From contig NC_134036.1 in the NCBI RefSeq assembly GCF_964204645.1, positions 5,920,600 through 5,984,599 on the forward strand: 64,000 nt of DNA. The letters run 5' to 3'. Of this stretch, positions 1 through 11,298 are shown one piece after another. Made by a program: the position numbers and the translations under genes. The notes under the pieces were generated by a model. That model worked only from the letters and a program-made list of their open reading frames with translations. It was not told the origin of the DNA and did not search any database. Every line of letters begins with the position of its first letter. Within the stretch, counting starts at the first letter, position 1. The DNA comes from Tubulanus polymorphus (lineage: Eukaryota; Animalia; Nemertea).

Positions 1-169
1 TAAAGAAAAAAGCCACGCGTATAGATTTTGCTGCGGAATAAAATCCCCCAGGATCTTTGTAAACTAAAGGGATCAATACAAAAAGCAGTATTCATCCATG
101 AAATGTTTCATATACTGTTTGCTCCGAACAAGACACAGAATCTTATGCATTTCTGTCATCAGTTTCCTT

Positions 170-520
170 ACCGATTTTACAGTAGAATTTTTCCAGTCAC
201 AACTTTACCGCACTAAGAGACAGAGTCTACTGTATTTCACAAACTCTTACTCAATATTTGACCCCAACTCGAGTTTGAATTTTTTCAACGCTGGACTTTA
301 CCGCAGTAAGAGACAGAGTCTACTGTATTTCACAAACTCTTACTCAGTATTTGACAGCAACTCTACATCGATATTTGACAGCAACTCGGGGTAGAAATTT
401 ACCAGTCTTAACTTTAATACAGTAAGAGACAGAGTCTACTGTATTTCACAAATTCTTACTCGATATTTGATACTAAACCGGGATAGAATTTTACCAGTCA
501 CAATTAATAAGGCAGTAACA
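170..520 (+). repeat. ~90-bp unit repeat array (dispersed family)
   Basis: agagacagagtctactgtatttcacaaactcttactc..tatttgac..caactcggggtagaattttaccagt. Also at ~3850, 6540, 20160, 35485, 36810, 39480-39830, 41665, 44220, 54160 and inverted at ~24220-24465 and ~60135-60380. Confidence 0.85.
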
Positions 521-740
521 GACAAACACAACTCGTCTCGACGGTGAATTGAAATTAGGTCTTTACCGCGATTTCGGTTAATTCCAGAAATAACGAATCA
601 TTTAAATATCACGAAAATAGAGGATTCCTCAGTCTTAAGGCAGGGATATTGCTAATGGATTTAATCGTTTAAGCTGCTGTGAACAATTCCGGTTCTGTAT
701 GAGTATTTCGGGATATGTAGAAACAATTGGTTTAGTTTAA

Positions 741-1254
741 TCAATCCTTGTTTCTTTTCGTAATCGTAAACATCGCAATCAACTGAATCCGAAAGCGACG
801 CCTCGAAGCGCAATAAATGACGAAATTACAAGACGCTACGATCATTCTTACTATATTTTGAATTTGGTTCATTATTGCGTAAGAGGAGCCTCGGCCAAGT
901 TTTCCGTTAAGAGTTCGAATTAGATTTTGGATCGATGCTCTGAGATTAAAGGCTTTCTTCAGTAAATAGAAACATGAAATGATAATTAACGTCAGAGTTA
1001 AACTACGGTCACTGCTGCTGCAACTGCTGCTGTTAGAAGTTTGATTATTTGTAGACATGGTTTTTCTCGCTGCTCCTGCGCGTCTCAACGTGAAAATCAA
1101 TCAGATTCACGTGGAACGGCCTGTAATCCGAGTGATGGATGTATTTACACCGCGGATGAGGTTTAAACCCCGCCTTCTCGGTGGTGGTTGTCAGGTCCGA
1201 TCCGTTGAGGTCGAGAAACTGAGCGCCAACCGATACATTTTCTGAAGCCATCAT
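741..1254 (-). pseudogene. Internally deleted, chimeric family-A GPCR pseudogene
   Basis: The N-terminus (MMASENV...PFHVNL, ATG at 1254) is joined at ~1102 directly to the TM5/ICL3-TM7 region. About 611 bp is missing relative to the 42519 paralog, which shifts the frame. Confidence 0.9.
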
Positions 1255-2221
1255 TTCAGTCTGTACACAGCGCAAGTCACTGATTGGTAATAGAAACAAT
1301 CGATTTGAGCTTCCTAGTCTATCGTTGTACAAAGAACCAACGACATCTCAAGTTATTAGCGATTTCCCAAAATCGGACATAAAACCAACAAACTGAACAG
1401 TCAAACTGAGTCAAGTGCGCGTTGACGCTGAGAGACTAGGATTCGATGTACAGCAGTTCTCGATTTGACACCCGAATGTGAAGACTATAAGCCTGCAATT
1501 TCAGTGTAGCGAACCTCTACCCATATATTACATTCAGATATTGGATATAGCTAGATCTGAATCGACAGTGAAAAAAACCATGCGCATATATCTTGCGTTC
1601 GGTAGATCAATATCTGCGAAATAACACTTGGTAAATGCACTAAATAGGTGTCAATATAGAATGTACAGTGTGTATCTCCTGCCCGACCCGGTTGGACTTC
1701 ACGAGTCCGGACTGGACCACGTTAAAGACAGAGCCGACCGCACTTCACAAACTCTTTCTAGATGTTTGACCAAACGTGTACATCATACATTGATTTTCTT
1801 GGTGAAGTTGTGGCTTATCATACTATCGCAAAGCAGTCACTCGTATTTGCCGATATTTTTTCACTAGGTGGCGTTGAACTAGAAGTGGGCATGTTGTCCC
1901 TAGCCCACTTTAGTTCCACTCTGTAGTTATTCAATTGGCCACGGGATGGACTAATTCAGGTTATTTCAAAGTTCAAAAACTCTTTACTACAAGCGGAAAA
2001 CTCTAAAGAAATAGCTTGAGAATTTAATGATAATCCGCTGGCAGCTGAAATTGATTCGATCCTTGAAAAGAAATGATTAGATTTGTGATAATCTTTAGCG
2101 GTAGAGAACAACAGGACTGATCTTTGATTACTCAAATTGTTTACGAGCATCAGAATCTTTGGGCTACGGGGAACCATTCAGGTTCAGTATCAATGATCGG
2201 GCGTCTTGTCGAAGCTTCATT

Positions 2222-3361
2222 TCAGTTTTTTAAATCATATTTTCTCTTCGTAATCGAAATCATCGCTTTCAGTTGATTTCGAAAGCGACGCCTCGAAGCG
2301 CAATAAATGACGAAATTACAAGACGCTACGATCATTTTGACTATATTTTGGATCTGGTTTATTATTGTTGATACTGAGCCTTTACCAAGTTTTCCGTTGA
2401 GAGTAAGAATTAGATTTCGGATCGATGCTCTGAGAGAAAATACTTTTTTCAGTAAATAGAAACATGAAATGAGAACTAACGTCAGAGTTAAACTACGGTC
2501 ACTGCTGCTGCTGCTGCTGCTGTTGCTGTTAGAAGTTTGATTATTTGTAGACATGGTTTTTCTCGCTGCTCCTGCGCGTCTCAACGTGAAAATCAATCGA
2601 ATAGTTATCAGAACCACTATCACTGTCGGGATTATAGTAAATAAAGGAGCGCGAACAAACATTTCATAATATTTCAAATGTATGGTTTTGGTAAAGGCAG
2701 TCATCCTCTGAGTCCATCTCTCGTGTCCAGTGCACGGATTACGGGAACGACTAGTATAATACTTGAAATGACTCCTGGAATGATCACAAACTGATAAGGC
2801 AACGCAGAAAGTAAGGTAGATGAAACATTTCTTCATGCTTATTATTCTAACAGCTTTTAAAGACCAACAAACTGCGATATATCTGTCTATAGCTATCAAC
2901 ATTGTTATCAGATCACTGATATCTGAAAACAAAAATTGAATGTTTTGCGTGTATGAATATGTACGCTTCATGACGTGGTTTATTTCAGCAGTCATGTCCA
3001 GTAACAGCGTGTGACTATAGAGCCGATACTGAAAGTCGAATACGACATAAGACAAACAAGTGAACGTGTCCGCAACAGCCAAACATCTCAAATAGAATAT
3101 ACTGGTGTTGTTTGAACGTTCATTACTGAGAATGATGAAAGACAGTAAATTTGTACCGAAACCGAAGACGGAAATGCTGAAAACGACGTAAGTCGTAATC
3201 TGTAGATACAGATTCACGTGAAATGGTTTGTAATCGGCGTGATGGATGTATTTACACCGCGAATGAGGTTTAAACCCTGCCTTCTCAGTGCTGGTTGTCA
3301 GGTCTGATCCGTTGAGGTCGAGAAACTGAGCGCCAACCGATACATATTCTGAAGCCATCAT
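2222..3361 (-). CDS. Intronless class A GPCR, family A (peptide/FMRFamide-receptor-like or chemoreceptor-like)
   Basis: 379 aa with 7 hydrophobic segments. Motifs: GTNLLS (TM1), YLRCLAVAD (TM2), IAIDRY (TM3), NFVIYC..RRF (TM7/helix 8). Confidence 0.92.
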   Translation of the reverse strand: MMASEYVSVGAQFLDLNGSDLTTSTEKAGFKPHSRCKYIHHADYKPFHVNLYLQITTYVVFSISVFGFGTNLLSFIILSNERSNNTSIFYLRCLAVADTFTCLSYVVFDFQYRLYSHTLLLDMTAEINHVMKRTYSYTQNIQFLFSDISDLITMLIAIDRYIAVCWSLKAVRIISMKKCFIYLTFCVALSVCDHSRSHFKYYTSRSRNPCTGHERWTQRMTAFTKTIHLKYYEMFVRAPLFTIIPTVIVVLITIRLIFTLRRAGAARKTMSTNNQTSNSNSSSSSSSDRSLTLTLVLISCFYLLKKVFSLRASIRNLILTLNGKLGKGSVSTIINQIQNIVKMIVASCNFVIYCASRRRFRNQLKAMISITKRKYDLKN

Positions 3362-4870
3362 TTCAGTATGTACACAAACAGTCTAACAGTCACTGATTGG
3401 TAATAGAAACAATTGGTTGTAACTTCCTAATTTATCGTTGTACTAAGAACCAGCAACATCTTAATTTATTAGCAATTTTCAAGCTGCAAGAATTGTGTAC
3501 GATATAAACGGACGTAAAACAACCAAACTGAAATGAGCCAAAAGTGCGCTAACGCTAAGAGACTAGAAGTCGAAATAAGCAGTTCTCGAGTTGACGCCCG
3601 ACAGCGAAGAACATTAACCTGCAATTTCAGTGTAGCGAAATTCTACCCATATATTACATTCGGATATTGGATATAGCTAGATCTGAATCGACAGTGAAAA
3701 AAATCATGCGCATATATCTTGCGGTAGATTAATATCTGCGAAATATAAAGTAAAATATGCTTGTAAATGCACAAAGTAGGTTTCAACTTTGAATGTGCAG
3801 TATATATTTTCTGCCTTGATCCGGTTGGACGTTGTGTCCCAAAATGAACCAAGACAGTGTCTACTGTATTTCACAAGCCTTTACTCTGTATCTGAAACCG
3901 ACTTGAGGTAGAACTCTATCAATCTCAACTCAAGCGGGTCAGAGGGTTTAGGGACAGAGTCTACTGTATTTAGCAAACTCTTACTCAGTATTTGACATCA
4001 ACTCGGGGTAGAATTTTACCAGTCTCAACTTTACAGCAATAACAGAGATGACTGGTGACTGATAGAGTACAGATAATAGGCTATTAGGGGTCAATGATAC
4101 GATTGCTGCTTCTAAGCTTACTAGCGAGCATAACTTTGTCAAAATCAAATTGTTTGATTAGAAACCCCCAAGACTAAATATTTTTCTGTATGGTAATAGA
4201 CATTGCAAAATGTAAGTATTTCGAAAATGGCTCATCGATTCGAGTTGAAACATCAGACTTTATCTTAGTTTATTTATCTTAATGTGGGTTTATAAACTTC
4301 ATTGACATTAGACACTTGTCTATGGAAACCAAAATTTGAAAAACGGTTGATAATTAGACTATTGGGATCAAGAAAATATATTACGTTTTTTTTAATTTGA
4401 AAAAATCGTGAAATACTGTGACGACGTCAACTCAAATGACTAATGATATACAAACCGATTTTTCTCTACGAAATTAGGTCCTTTACACGAGAGTTCGGTA
4501 GAAAAACGTACACTTCAATATTAAGAGTAAATCGATGGTTCTTTTGCTTTTTAGCTATCGTTGTATTGCGAGGGTGGTCAGCGCCTTTACGTAATAGATA
4601 GCTCAGACGAAGCATGGATAACGTTTAAAACTTTTAAAAAGTGGAAATTCATTCGTATCAAGCATGTTGAGAAATGATCGTAAATTTTCATATCTTATTA
4701 CCGGGAATTTCGTATTAACATAATCGCACTAAGCAAACTTTTTCTTTATAGGAAAATGCTATAAGAAAAGCCGTGAATTCTTAAATGCGTCGTATTAGCG
4801 AGGATTTCGTTGTTTAGCCGAGCCGTACTGACGAGGTTCCATTGAATCTATCACATTTAATCTTCATAAT

Positions 4871-5971
4871 TTAAAACATCGCTTTCAGTTGATTTCGAAA
4901 GCGACGCCTCGAAACGCAATAAATGACGAAATTACAAGACGCTACGATCATTCTGATTATATTTTGAATTTGGTTCATAATTGTTGATAACGATCCTTTT
5001 CCAAGTTTTCCGTTGAGAGTGAGAATTAGATTGTGGATCGATGATCTGAGATCAAAAGCTTTCTTCATCAAAAATAAACATGAAATGAGAATTAACGTCA
5101 GAGTTAAACTACGGTCACTGCTGCTGCTGCTGCTGTTGGAGGTTTGATTATTTGGAGACATGGTTTTTCTCGCTGCTCCTGCGCGTCTCAACGTGAAAAT
5201 CAATCGAATAGTTATTAGAACCACTATCACCGTCGGTAGTGTAGTTATAACTAGAGCGCGGGCAAACACTTCATAATATTTCAAATATGCGTTTTTAGCA
5301 AATGGAGTCAACCTCCGAGCCCATCTCTCGTGTCCGGTGCACGGATTGATAGATTGACTTGTATAATATTTGAAGTAATTTCTCATCTGATCGCAAACTG
5401 AAATGATCAAAACAGAATTGATGCAGATATAACTTCTCTTCATACCAATAATTATGAAACTTTTCAGAGGCCAACAAACGACGATATATCTGTCTATAGC
5501 TATTAACAATGTTATCAGATCACTGATATTTGAAAATGAAAGTCGGGTGAATTGAGTATATGAATACATGCGCTTCATAGCATGGTTTATTTCAGCAGTC
5601 ATGTCCAGTAACAGCGTGTGACTGTAGAGCCGATACTGAAAGTCGAATACAATATAAGACAAACAAATAAACATGTCCGCAACAGCCAAACATCTCAAAT
5701 AGAATATACTGGTGTTGATTGGACGTTCTTTACTGAGAATGATAAAAGACAGTAAATTTGTACCGAAACCCCAGATGGCTATGCTGAAAATGACGTAAGT
5801 CGTGATCTGTAGATAAAGATTCACGTGAAACGGTTTGTAATCGGCGTGATGGATGTATTTACACCGCGGATGAGGTTTAAACCCCGCCTTCTCAGTGGTG
5901 GTTGTTGTCAGGTCTGATCCGTTTAGGTCGAGTAACTGAGCGCCAACCGATATATTTTCTGTAGCCTGCAT
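4871..5971 (-). CDS. Intronless class A GPCR, family A
   Basis: Intact 7TM ORF with DRY. The ATG of MQATENIS is at 5971; the ORF track starts upstream at a non-ATG codon. Differs from the 37835 copy at 2 aa. Confidence 0.92.
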   Translation of the reverse strand: MQATENISVGAQLLDLNGSDLTTTTTEKAGFKPHPRCKYIHHADYKPFHVNLYLQITTYVIFSIAIWGFGTNLLSFIILSKERPINTSIFYLRCLAVADMFICLSYIVFDFQYRLYSHTLLLDMTAEINHAMKRMYSYTQFTRLSFSNISDLITLLIAIDRYIVVCWPLKSFIIIGMKRSYICINSVLIISVCDQMRNYFKYYTSQSINPCTGHERWARRLTPFAKNAYLKYYEVFARALVITTLPTVIVVLITIRLIFTLRRAGAARKTMSPNNQTSNSSSSSSDRSLTLTLILISCLFLMKKAFDLRSSIHNLILTLNGKLGKGSLSTIMNQIQNIIRMIVASCNFVIYCVSRRRFRNQLKAMF

Positions 5972-6087
5972 TTCAGTCGGCACTCCGAACACTCACTGCT
6001 TGTAGATGGAGACAAAATCGGTTTAAACTTCCATGTCTATCGTTGTACAAAGATCCAGCAATATCTCAAGTTATTAGCGATTTTCCT

Positions 6088-6200
6088 GTTTGTAATCGGC
6101 GTGATGGATGTATTTACACCGCGGATGAGGTCTAAATCCTGCCTCGCCAGTGGTGATTGTCAGGTCAGTTCCGTTGAGGCCGAGAAACCGAGCGCCAGCA
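6088..6200 (-). pseudogene. Degenerate duplicate of the GPCR N-terminal coding sequence upstream of the gene
   Basis: tttgtaatcggcgtgatggatgtatttacaccgcggatgagg... repeats the KPHPRCKYIHHADYK block. The same shard occurs at ~39053-39165 and ~43760-43870. Confidence 0.85.
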
Positions 6201-6869
6201 ACTGATATATTTGCAGCGGCCATCCATGCAAACTTCAAGCACAACGAAACTGCTTGAAATTGAAATCGCGCAGTTCTGGAGTTGAACGTCGTTCAATCAT
6301 ATCATTAGATTCCGAGACCAGTAAATAAATATCTTAACCCGAATCGATAAAGAAAAAAGCCACGCGTATAGATTTTGCTGCGGAATAAAATCCCCCAGGA
6401 TCTTTGTAAACTAAAGGGATCAATACAAAAAGCAGTATTCATCCATGAAATGTTTCATATTTTGTTTGCTCCGAACAAGACACAGAATCTTATGCATTTC
6501 TGTCATCAGTTTTCTTACCGATTATACAGTAGAATTTTAGCGAGTTTGAATTTTTCAACGCTGGACTTTACCGCAGTAAGAGACAGAGTATTTCACAAAC
6601 TCTTATTCAGTATTCGATACCAACTCGGGATAGAAATTTACCAGTAACTTTTCCTAGACAAAGTCTGCTGAAACTGTTATACCAAGTCGACATGTCCAAA
6701 TACTGCATACCTAAGTAATTAACCGAGTAAGTAATTATAATAATTACTTTTTTGATGTAATCAAATCATTTAACCTCAACATGTTATCATCCTCCCGTAT
6801 TCTCTAACAATTCAGCGTTTTGACTCCGAGAGTTTGGCAATCATTTTTTTTTCTAAATACTTTACGAAC

Positions 6870-7057
6870 CTGCTGTATTCTGTTGGCTTCCTGGGCCGCT
6901 TTGACGGCCGCTTCGGCCGCCTCGGTCGCGCTCGTCTCTGTCTCCGCCGAGAATTTCAACGCCTGCGCCAATTCAGCGCTGATCTTGGCCACCTCGGCGT
7001 GCAGTTTACTAGCTTCGGCCCGCAGTTGTTTCTCCTCCAAATCCAAGAACGGGTCGA
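6870..7057 (-). CDS. 188-bp coiled-coil coding exon, probably a 5' exon of a DTHD1-like copy whose remainder lies left of the window
   Basis: GC-rich island with ttttcag acceptor and CAG|gttcgt donor. Encodes DPFLDLEEKQLRAEASKL...QEANRIQQ; same peptide as 44542-44729. Confidence 0.7.
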
Positions 7058-7329
7058 CTGAAAAATCAAAACAGCAGTTAATAATTTACAGGTGAAACGT
7101 GCAGTCAGCACCGAAATGGTATTCGGTCTTTCGATGGTATCAATGCGTGTATCAATTTATTCGACGCGGAGTCCGTGGATGATCACTTTTTGAAAGTGTG
7201 CTGATATTCAGTTCATCTTATTGTAACATTGTACAAGGTCCAGTATACGACTATCATTCGACACAGTAATATAGTGGCAATACATAGAGAAATAACGGTG
7301 AATAATTCAATAATTCAGGGGCATAAACC

Positions 7330-7530
7330 ATGGAGGTTTAAAGGCTTCTTTCAGGAATCGCAAAATTAGACCAGATTTTTTTGAGGAGGCGAAAAGGGTT
7401 ATCAGTTTATATTGACTAGGTCTTAAAAAAATTGCGTTAAGCACTGGTGATCTTACAGTTGTATATTCTTGACAATCAAATAAAAAGTGCACGGTATCAT
7501 TTCCAGTTACATTTTGGTTGCATTTTTTAA
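7330..7530 (-). mobile_element. Fossil 3' end of a LINE ORF2 (C-terminal Cys/His motif)
   Basis: KCNQNVTGNDTVHFLFDCQEY resembles KCNENTIGDEYHFILKCEFF of the LINE at 11.4 kb. A copy lies at ~45000-45200. Confidence 0.6.
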
Positions 7531-7676
7531 CAATATTTCTAGTTTTTACGTATCGGATTGTAACTACATGATATATAAATTATAGAAGAAATTTATATAC
7601 TGGACGATGGAATAAACATACACTAATATTGTATAAGATAAAGGCAAATTAATACCAGTTTCTACGAAAGCGTCCT

Positions 7677-7837
7677 GGGGACATATCTAATATAAAGAAT
7701 CGAGGTTAATTCCAAGTTTGTAACTCGGAATAAGCTATAGTTTTCTCAGTTAAATGTGATTTTTTTAAGGTTTATTCCGAGTTTGTAACTCGGAATTAAC
7801 TCCAACCTCCAAAATTACATTGAATAGATATGTCCCC
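7677..7837. mobile_element. MITE-like element
   Basis: Terminal inverted repeats ggggacatatcta / tagatatgtcccc, with internal repeats of gagtttgtaactcggaat. A copy lies at ~45350-45510. Confidence 0.65.
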
Positions 7838-8034
7838 ATACAGGACGCTTCCGTAAGTTTCAATCGTTTGTTAACTACATTTGAAGATGTGTAACCATGG
7901 TGTGCGCGTAGTTCATCTACGTTCACAGCCCTGAATGTTGCATCGTTGCAAATTTGAGCAATGAATTGGAAACATAACTGAAAACTAAAGATTCACATGG
8001 TTTAGGTGAATTGAAACTATCGCGGATGATGCGC

Positions 8035-8370
8035 TGAACACTCGTGAAGTGTCAACGATCAGTTTTCGAAAGTGTGCTGATAAACTGTCTGGAGTTCGTA
8101 GTTCATTTTCAATTAAATATGTCTCAGGCTAAGCACTGAACACATGTGACGTGTCGACGATCAGTTTTTGAAAGTGTGCTGATAAAATGTCTAATGTCTG
8201 GTGCTTGTTGTTCAATTTCAATCAAAACTGTCTCAGGTGAAGTACTAAGCATAATATGAGAAGTGTGGACGATCGATTTCTGAAAGTGCGCTGAAAAACA
8301 TGCATTATGTCTAGTATTTGTAGTTCATTTTCAATTAGAAATATTTCGTGTGAATTACTGAACACATGTG
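8035..8370. repeat. Degenerate ~105-120 bp tandem repeat, ~3 units
   Basis: Recurring gaacac..gtgtc.acgatcagtttt.gaaagtgtgctgataaa. A copy lies at ~45710-46045. Confidence 0.75.
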
Positions 8371-8795
8371 ATGTACCTATATATTCAATGTAATCTCGTT
8401 GCGACGAACTTCTTTATGGACCACAAAGTTATCGTTATAACCGATAGTTCGTTATAACCGATAGTTCGTTACATCTATCATGAAATAACTTCATAGTAAT
8501 TATTATCCAATAGGGTGGCCACTGGAAATCAGGGAAAGTCAGGGAATTTTGTAAATCTGCAAAATATTAGGGACATTTTGGTGAGATTGCTAGATCACTC
8601 GTAACATTTAGAACAGTTTTCTTCGTGTATTTAACTTCATCGATTGACCAGTTCTTAGCAGGTCCAGTCGTGGAAAACGATTTAAAATTTAGGGAAATTT
8701 TTAACAATAGACGGAAATCAAATATAAGGGAACGCATCGAAAACCGTCCCATTTGGAACGAATGCTTGGATGCGATTAGTTTAAATATGCGAGAT

Positions 8796-8872
8796 GTGAA
8801 CTTTTTCATTTACGTCGTCACTTTAAAATTGTTCCGCCACGAATTGACGCGTCTGATATTCGGGATTCGTTA
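8796..8872 (+). pseudogene. Orphan TM7/helix-8 fragment of the family-C GPCR
   Basis: VNFFIYVV.LKLFR.ELTRL.FGIR matches the end of the 57508 gene. A copy lies at 46468-46544. Confidence 0.85.
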
Positions 8873-9156
8873 CATAGCATCAGCCACTCGCCATTAGGCC
8901 TAGTTTCAAAGTGATAGGTACGAACTCATTAACACGCCTTAACAAATGTTGGTTCTTTAGCCAATACAGCTTTTGGGTTTAGTTTAGTTTAGTTTAGTTT
9001 ATTCTATATCGAAATAGATCGCATTCCATATGAATATGTATTTCATATATACCAAACCGCCATTGCCAGAGTTGAGGATGACCTATATGCTATTAAGAGC
9101 TATATCAATCAGTTAAGAATACCGAATACTTCGATTTCTTAAAACTTTATCCCCAG

Positions 9157-9294
9157 GGGCCAGTTACATAGTCATGGCTTAGACTTAAGGCCAGTTTAAG
9201 ACCAACTTACTTCTATAGCTTATCTAACAACTTAAGACCAGTCTTAAGATTTAATACCACTTTTGGACCTAAGTCACGACTGTGCAACTGGCCC
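9157..9294. mobile_element. PIF/Harbinger-like MITE
   Basis: TIRs gggccagttacatagtcatggcttag / ctaagtcacgactgtgcaactggccc with a CAG target duplication. Related copies at ~28638-28780 and ~46796-46933. Confidence 0.75.
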
Positions 9295-10522
9295 CAGTAC
9301 TGTTTCGATCCCGGCAGGTGTGGCGGGTTCGGGATCGGTACGAAACTCTAATCATATCAAAATTTCAATTAGATCGTTAATGCTTATTTCGAGTAATGTT
9401 CGTGTTACAACGTTATTCTCGAGCTTCGTAATGAAATCGCCATCTTTCAACTGTGATTTTTCGATTGCTGACACGGGAAGATGTACCTTTTATCATCAGT
9501 TATAGATGAATCCAATTATTCGGGCGTCATTTTAACTATACGTTAGAACGCTTTCATAAGCGAAAGACCCGTTAGTCCGGTCTCAGTAAAAAACCTAAAT
9601 TATGTCTCGTACGATGGATGCCTAGTTAACTATAGCATATCGTTTACTATAGGTTCGTGTCCAGTGATATGATAAAGCTTTTCATTCTATAGTCAATTTT
9701 TTTAAAATCAAAACCACATTGGATACCATTATCAACTTTACTGCATTGGAGTCTGATCGTATACTATAAGCTAGCATTTCTCTTTTGGAAAACTAATCGT
9801 GACTTTTGCCATATCAAATGGCTGTATTGTATATACATAATATCAGAGCTTTATTTACAAAAAAAAAATGATAACAATTTGCCATGCAAATTATAAACAG
9901 TGGATGTACATTCAGAATATGAAATTTTATCACATCAATTGCGGGGGCCCGATGTAGCGAACTACTTGTTACTTGGTTCGCCAGATACTGTCTTTTACCT
10001 CATTCACGCTCAGGCATACAACGTTTGGATAAAATGTTTGGAAAATGGTACGATCATAGATAAGATAAACAGGAATTAATCGTAAATATTGGTTCAAGAT
10101 TCTTAAAATTTGCCTTTATGTAGATAATTCGTTTGAGAAGATCTTAGATCTTTTCTTTACAAATTATGCATAACACAGGAGAGTTAACGCGGCATTAAAC
10201 ATTGTAAACCTGCCAGGGAATCGAATTAGAATCAAGTAGAAAATCAAGTAGAAAATAAAGAAAAACTCACAAAAACTATTTTATCTTATATATTACTGTA
10301 GTTAAGTCCACTACATATAAACCTCATTGTCCACTACATTGAAACCCCATTAATCAGCAGGTTGTACACTATACATTTTTTTTAAATATATTTTAACAAT
10401 CGAGATTTTAGGTTCCTAAACCTGGAACAAAGTTCCCGTAATTACGAAAGTTATAATTATTATAGAGAAGTAACTTTATCAAATTCTGATGCTTGATAGA
10501 GTGTAAAACATATTTGCAGAGT

Positions 10523-10812
10523 GTAAGCGCATTTAAGGAGAGAATCCCACAATGATAATAAAAAGTCCGAAAATGAAACTTTCGAGATAGTAGTTTATTA
10601 CAACGTTTCGACTATATCCTAATAGTCATCTTCAGGAATAATTATTCCATTATTCCTGAAGATGACTATTAGGATATAGTCGAAACGTTGTAATAAACTA
10701 CTATCTCGAAGTTTCATTTTCGGACGTTTTATTATCATTGTGGGATTCTCTCCTCATCGCGTCAACACGTATATAGTGTTCTACGAATCGTAATCGTGAG
10801 TAAGCGCATTTA
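10523..10812. mobile_element. Penelope-like (pLTR-type) palindromic insertion with hammerhead-ribozyme cores
   Basis: ~106-bp inverted arms (10536-10642 and 10649-10754), a 45-bp tail, and a 13-bp flanking direct repeat gtaagcgcattta. CTGAAGA-stem-GAAAC core in each arm. Confidence 0.75.
10650..10697 (+). ncRNA. Minimal type I hammerhead ribozyme motif (mirror copy on the minus strand at ~10594-10642)
   Basis: CTGAAGA t gactat[taggat]atagtc GAAA cgtt gtaataa: conserved core, 6-bp stem II, palindromic AACGTT stem III, then AATAAA. Confidence 0.65.
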
Positions 10813-11298
10813 TTTTCCAACCTCCAATAAAAACCACGAGAAATAGTATTATACACTACAATGGCTACTATTTTGGCTCTAGAGTTGACTCAGGAGCTGG
10901 ACCTCGATCAGTTTAGGTTTTATACCGATATCATCTCAAATCCAATCGGGTTTGAATCACTTAAGGAATTCTGCACGTCACCACAATACGAACCTCGTGC
11001 TAATTTTTGCACGGACTATTTCTGAGTTCGTCAGTTCAGTTCAATGTAGTTACCATTTCTGATGATGTGTTTTTCATTTAGTGAAGCACTATGAGTTTCA
11101 TTTATGAATATATCACATACAAAATTAACCACTTTACCCAATATTCTATTCAGGTGCATTTGATTCTTAGATTTCATGTTTCGATTTCTAGTTTCTGCGT
11201 CTCATATCTGTCCAGTTATAAACACTTATTTAAGTTGGATTGGTGTGCTATGTATTGCTTACTGGGTGGATATACGAAGTCTATGCACATTCGCACCA

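Larger units (their letters stand above)
3374..6530. repeat. Segmental duplication block matching ~36331-39490 (and 1-1100 matches 39313-40408)
   Basis: Offsets ~32960 and 39312 respectively. Confidence 0.95.

Noticed and set aside
170-520. Repeat-spacer-like array suggesting CRISPR
   Set aside because: The intervening sequences are themselves homologous (~90-bp tandem units), the context is eukaryotic, and there are no cas genes.
2222-3361. Assigning a specific ligand or symbol (e.g. FMRFamide receptor), or naming the species
   Set aside because: Motifs support only class A peptide-receptor-like membership; orthology and taxon need database searches.
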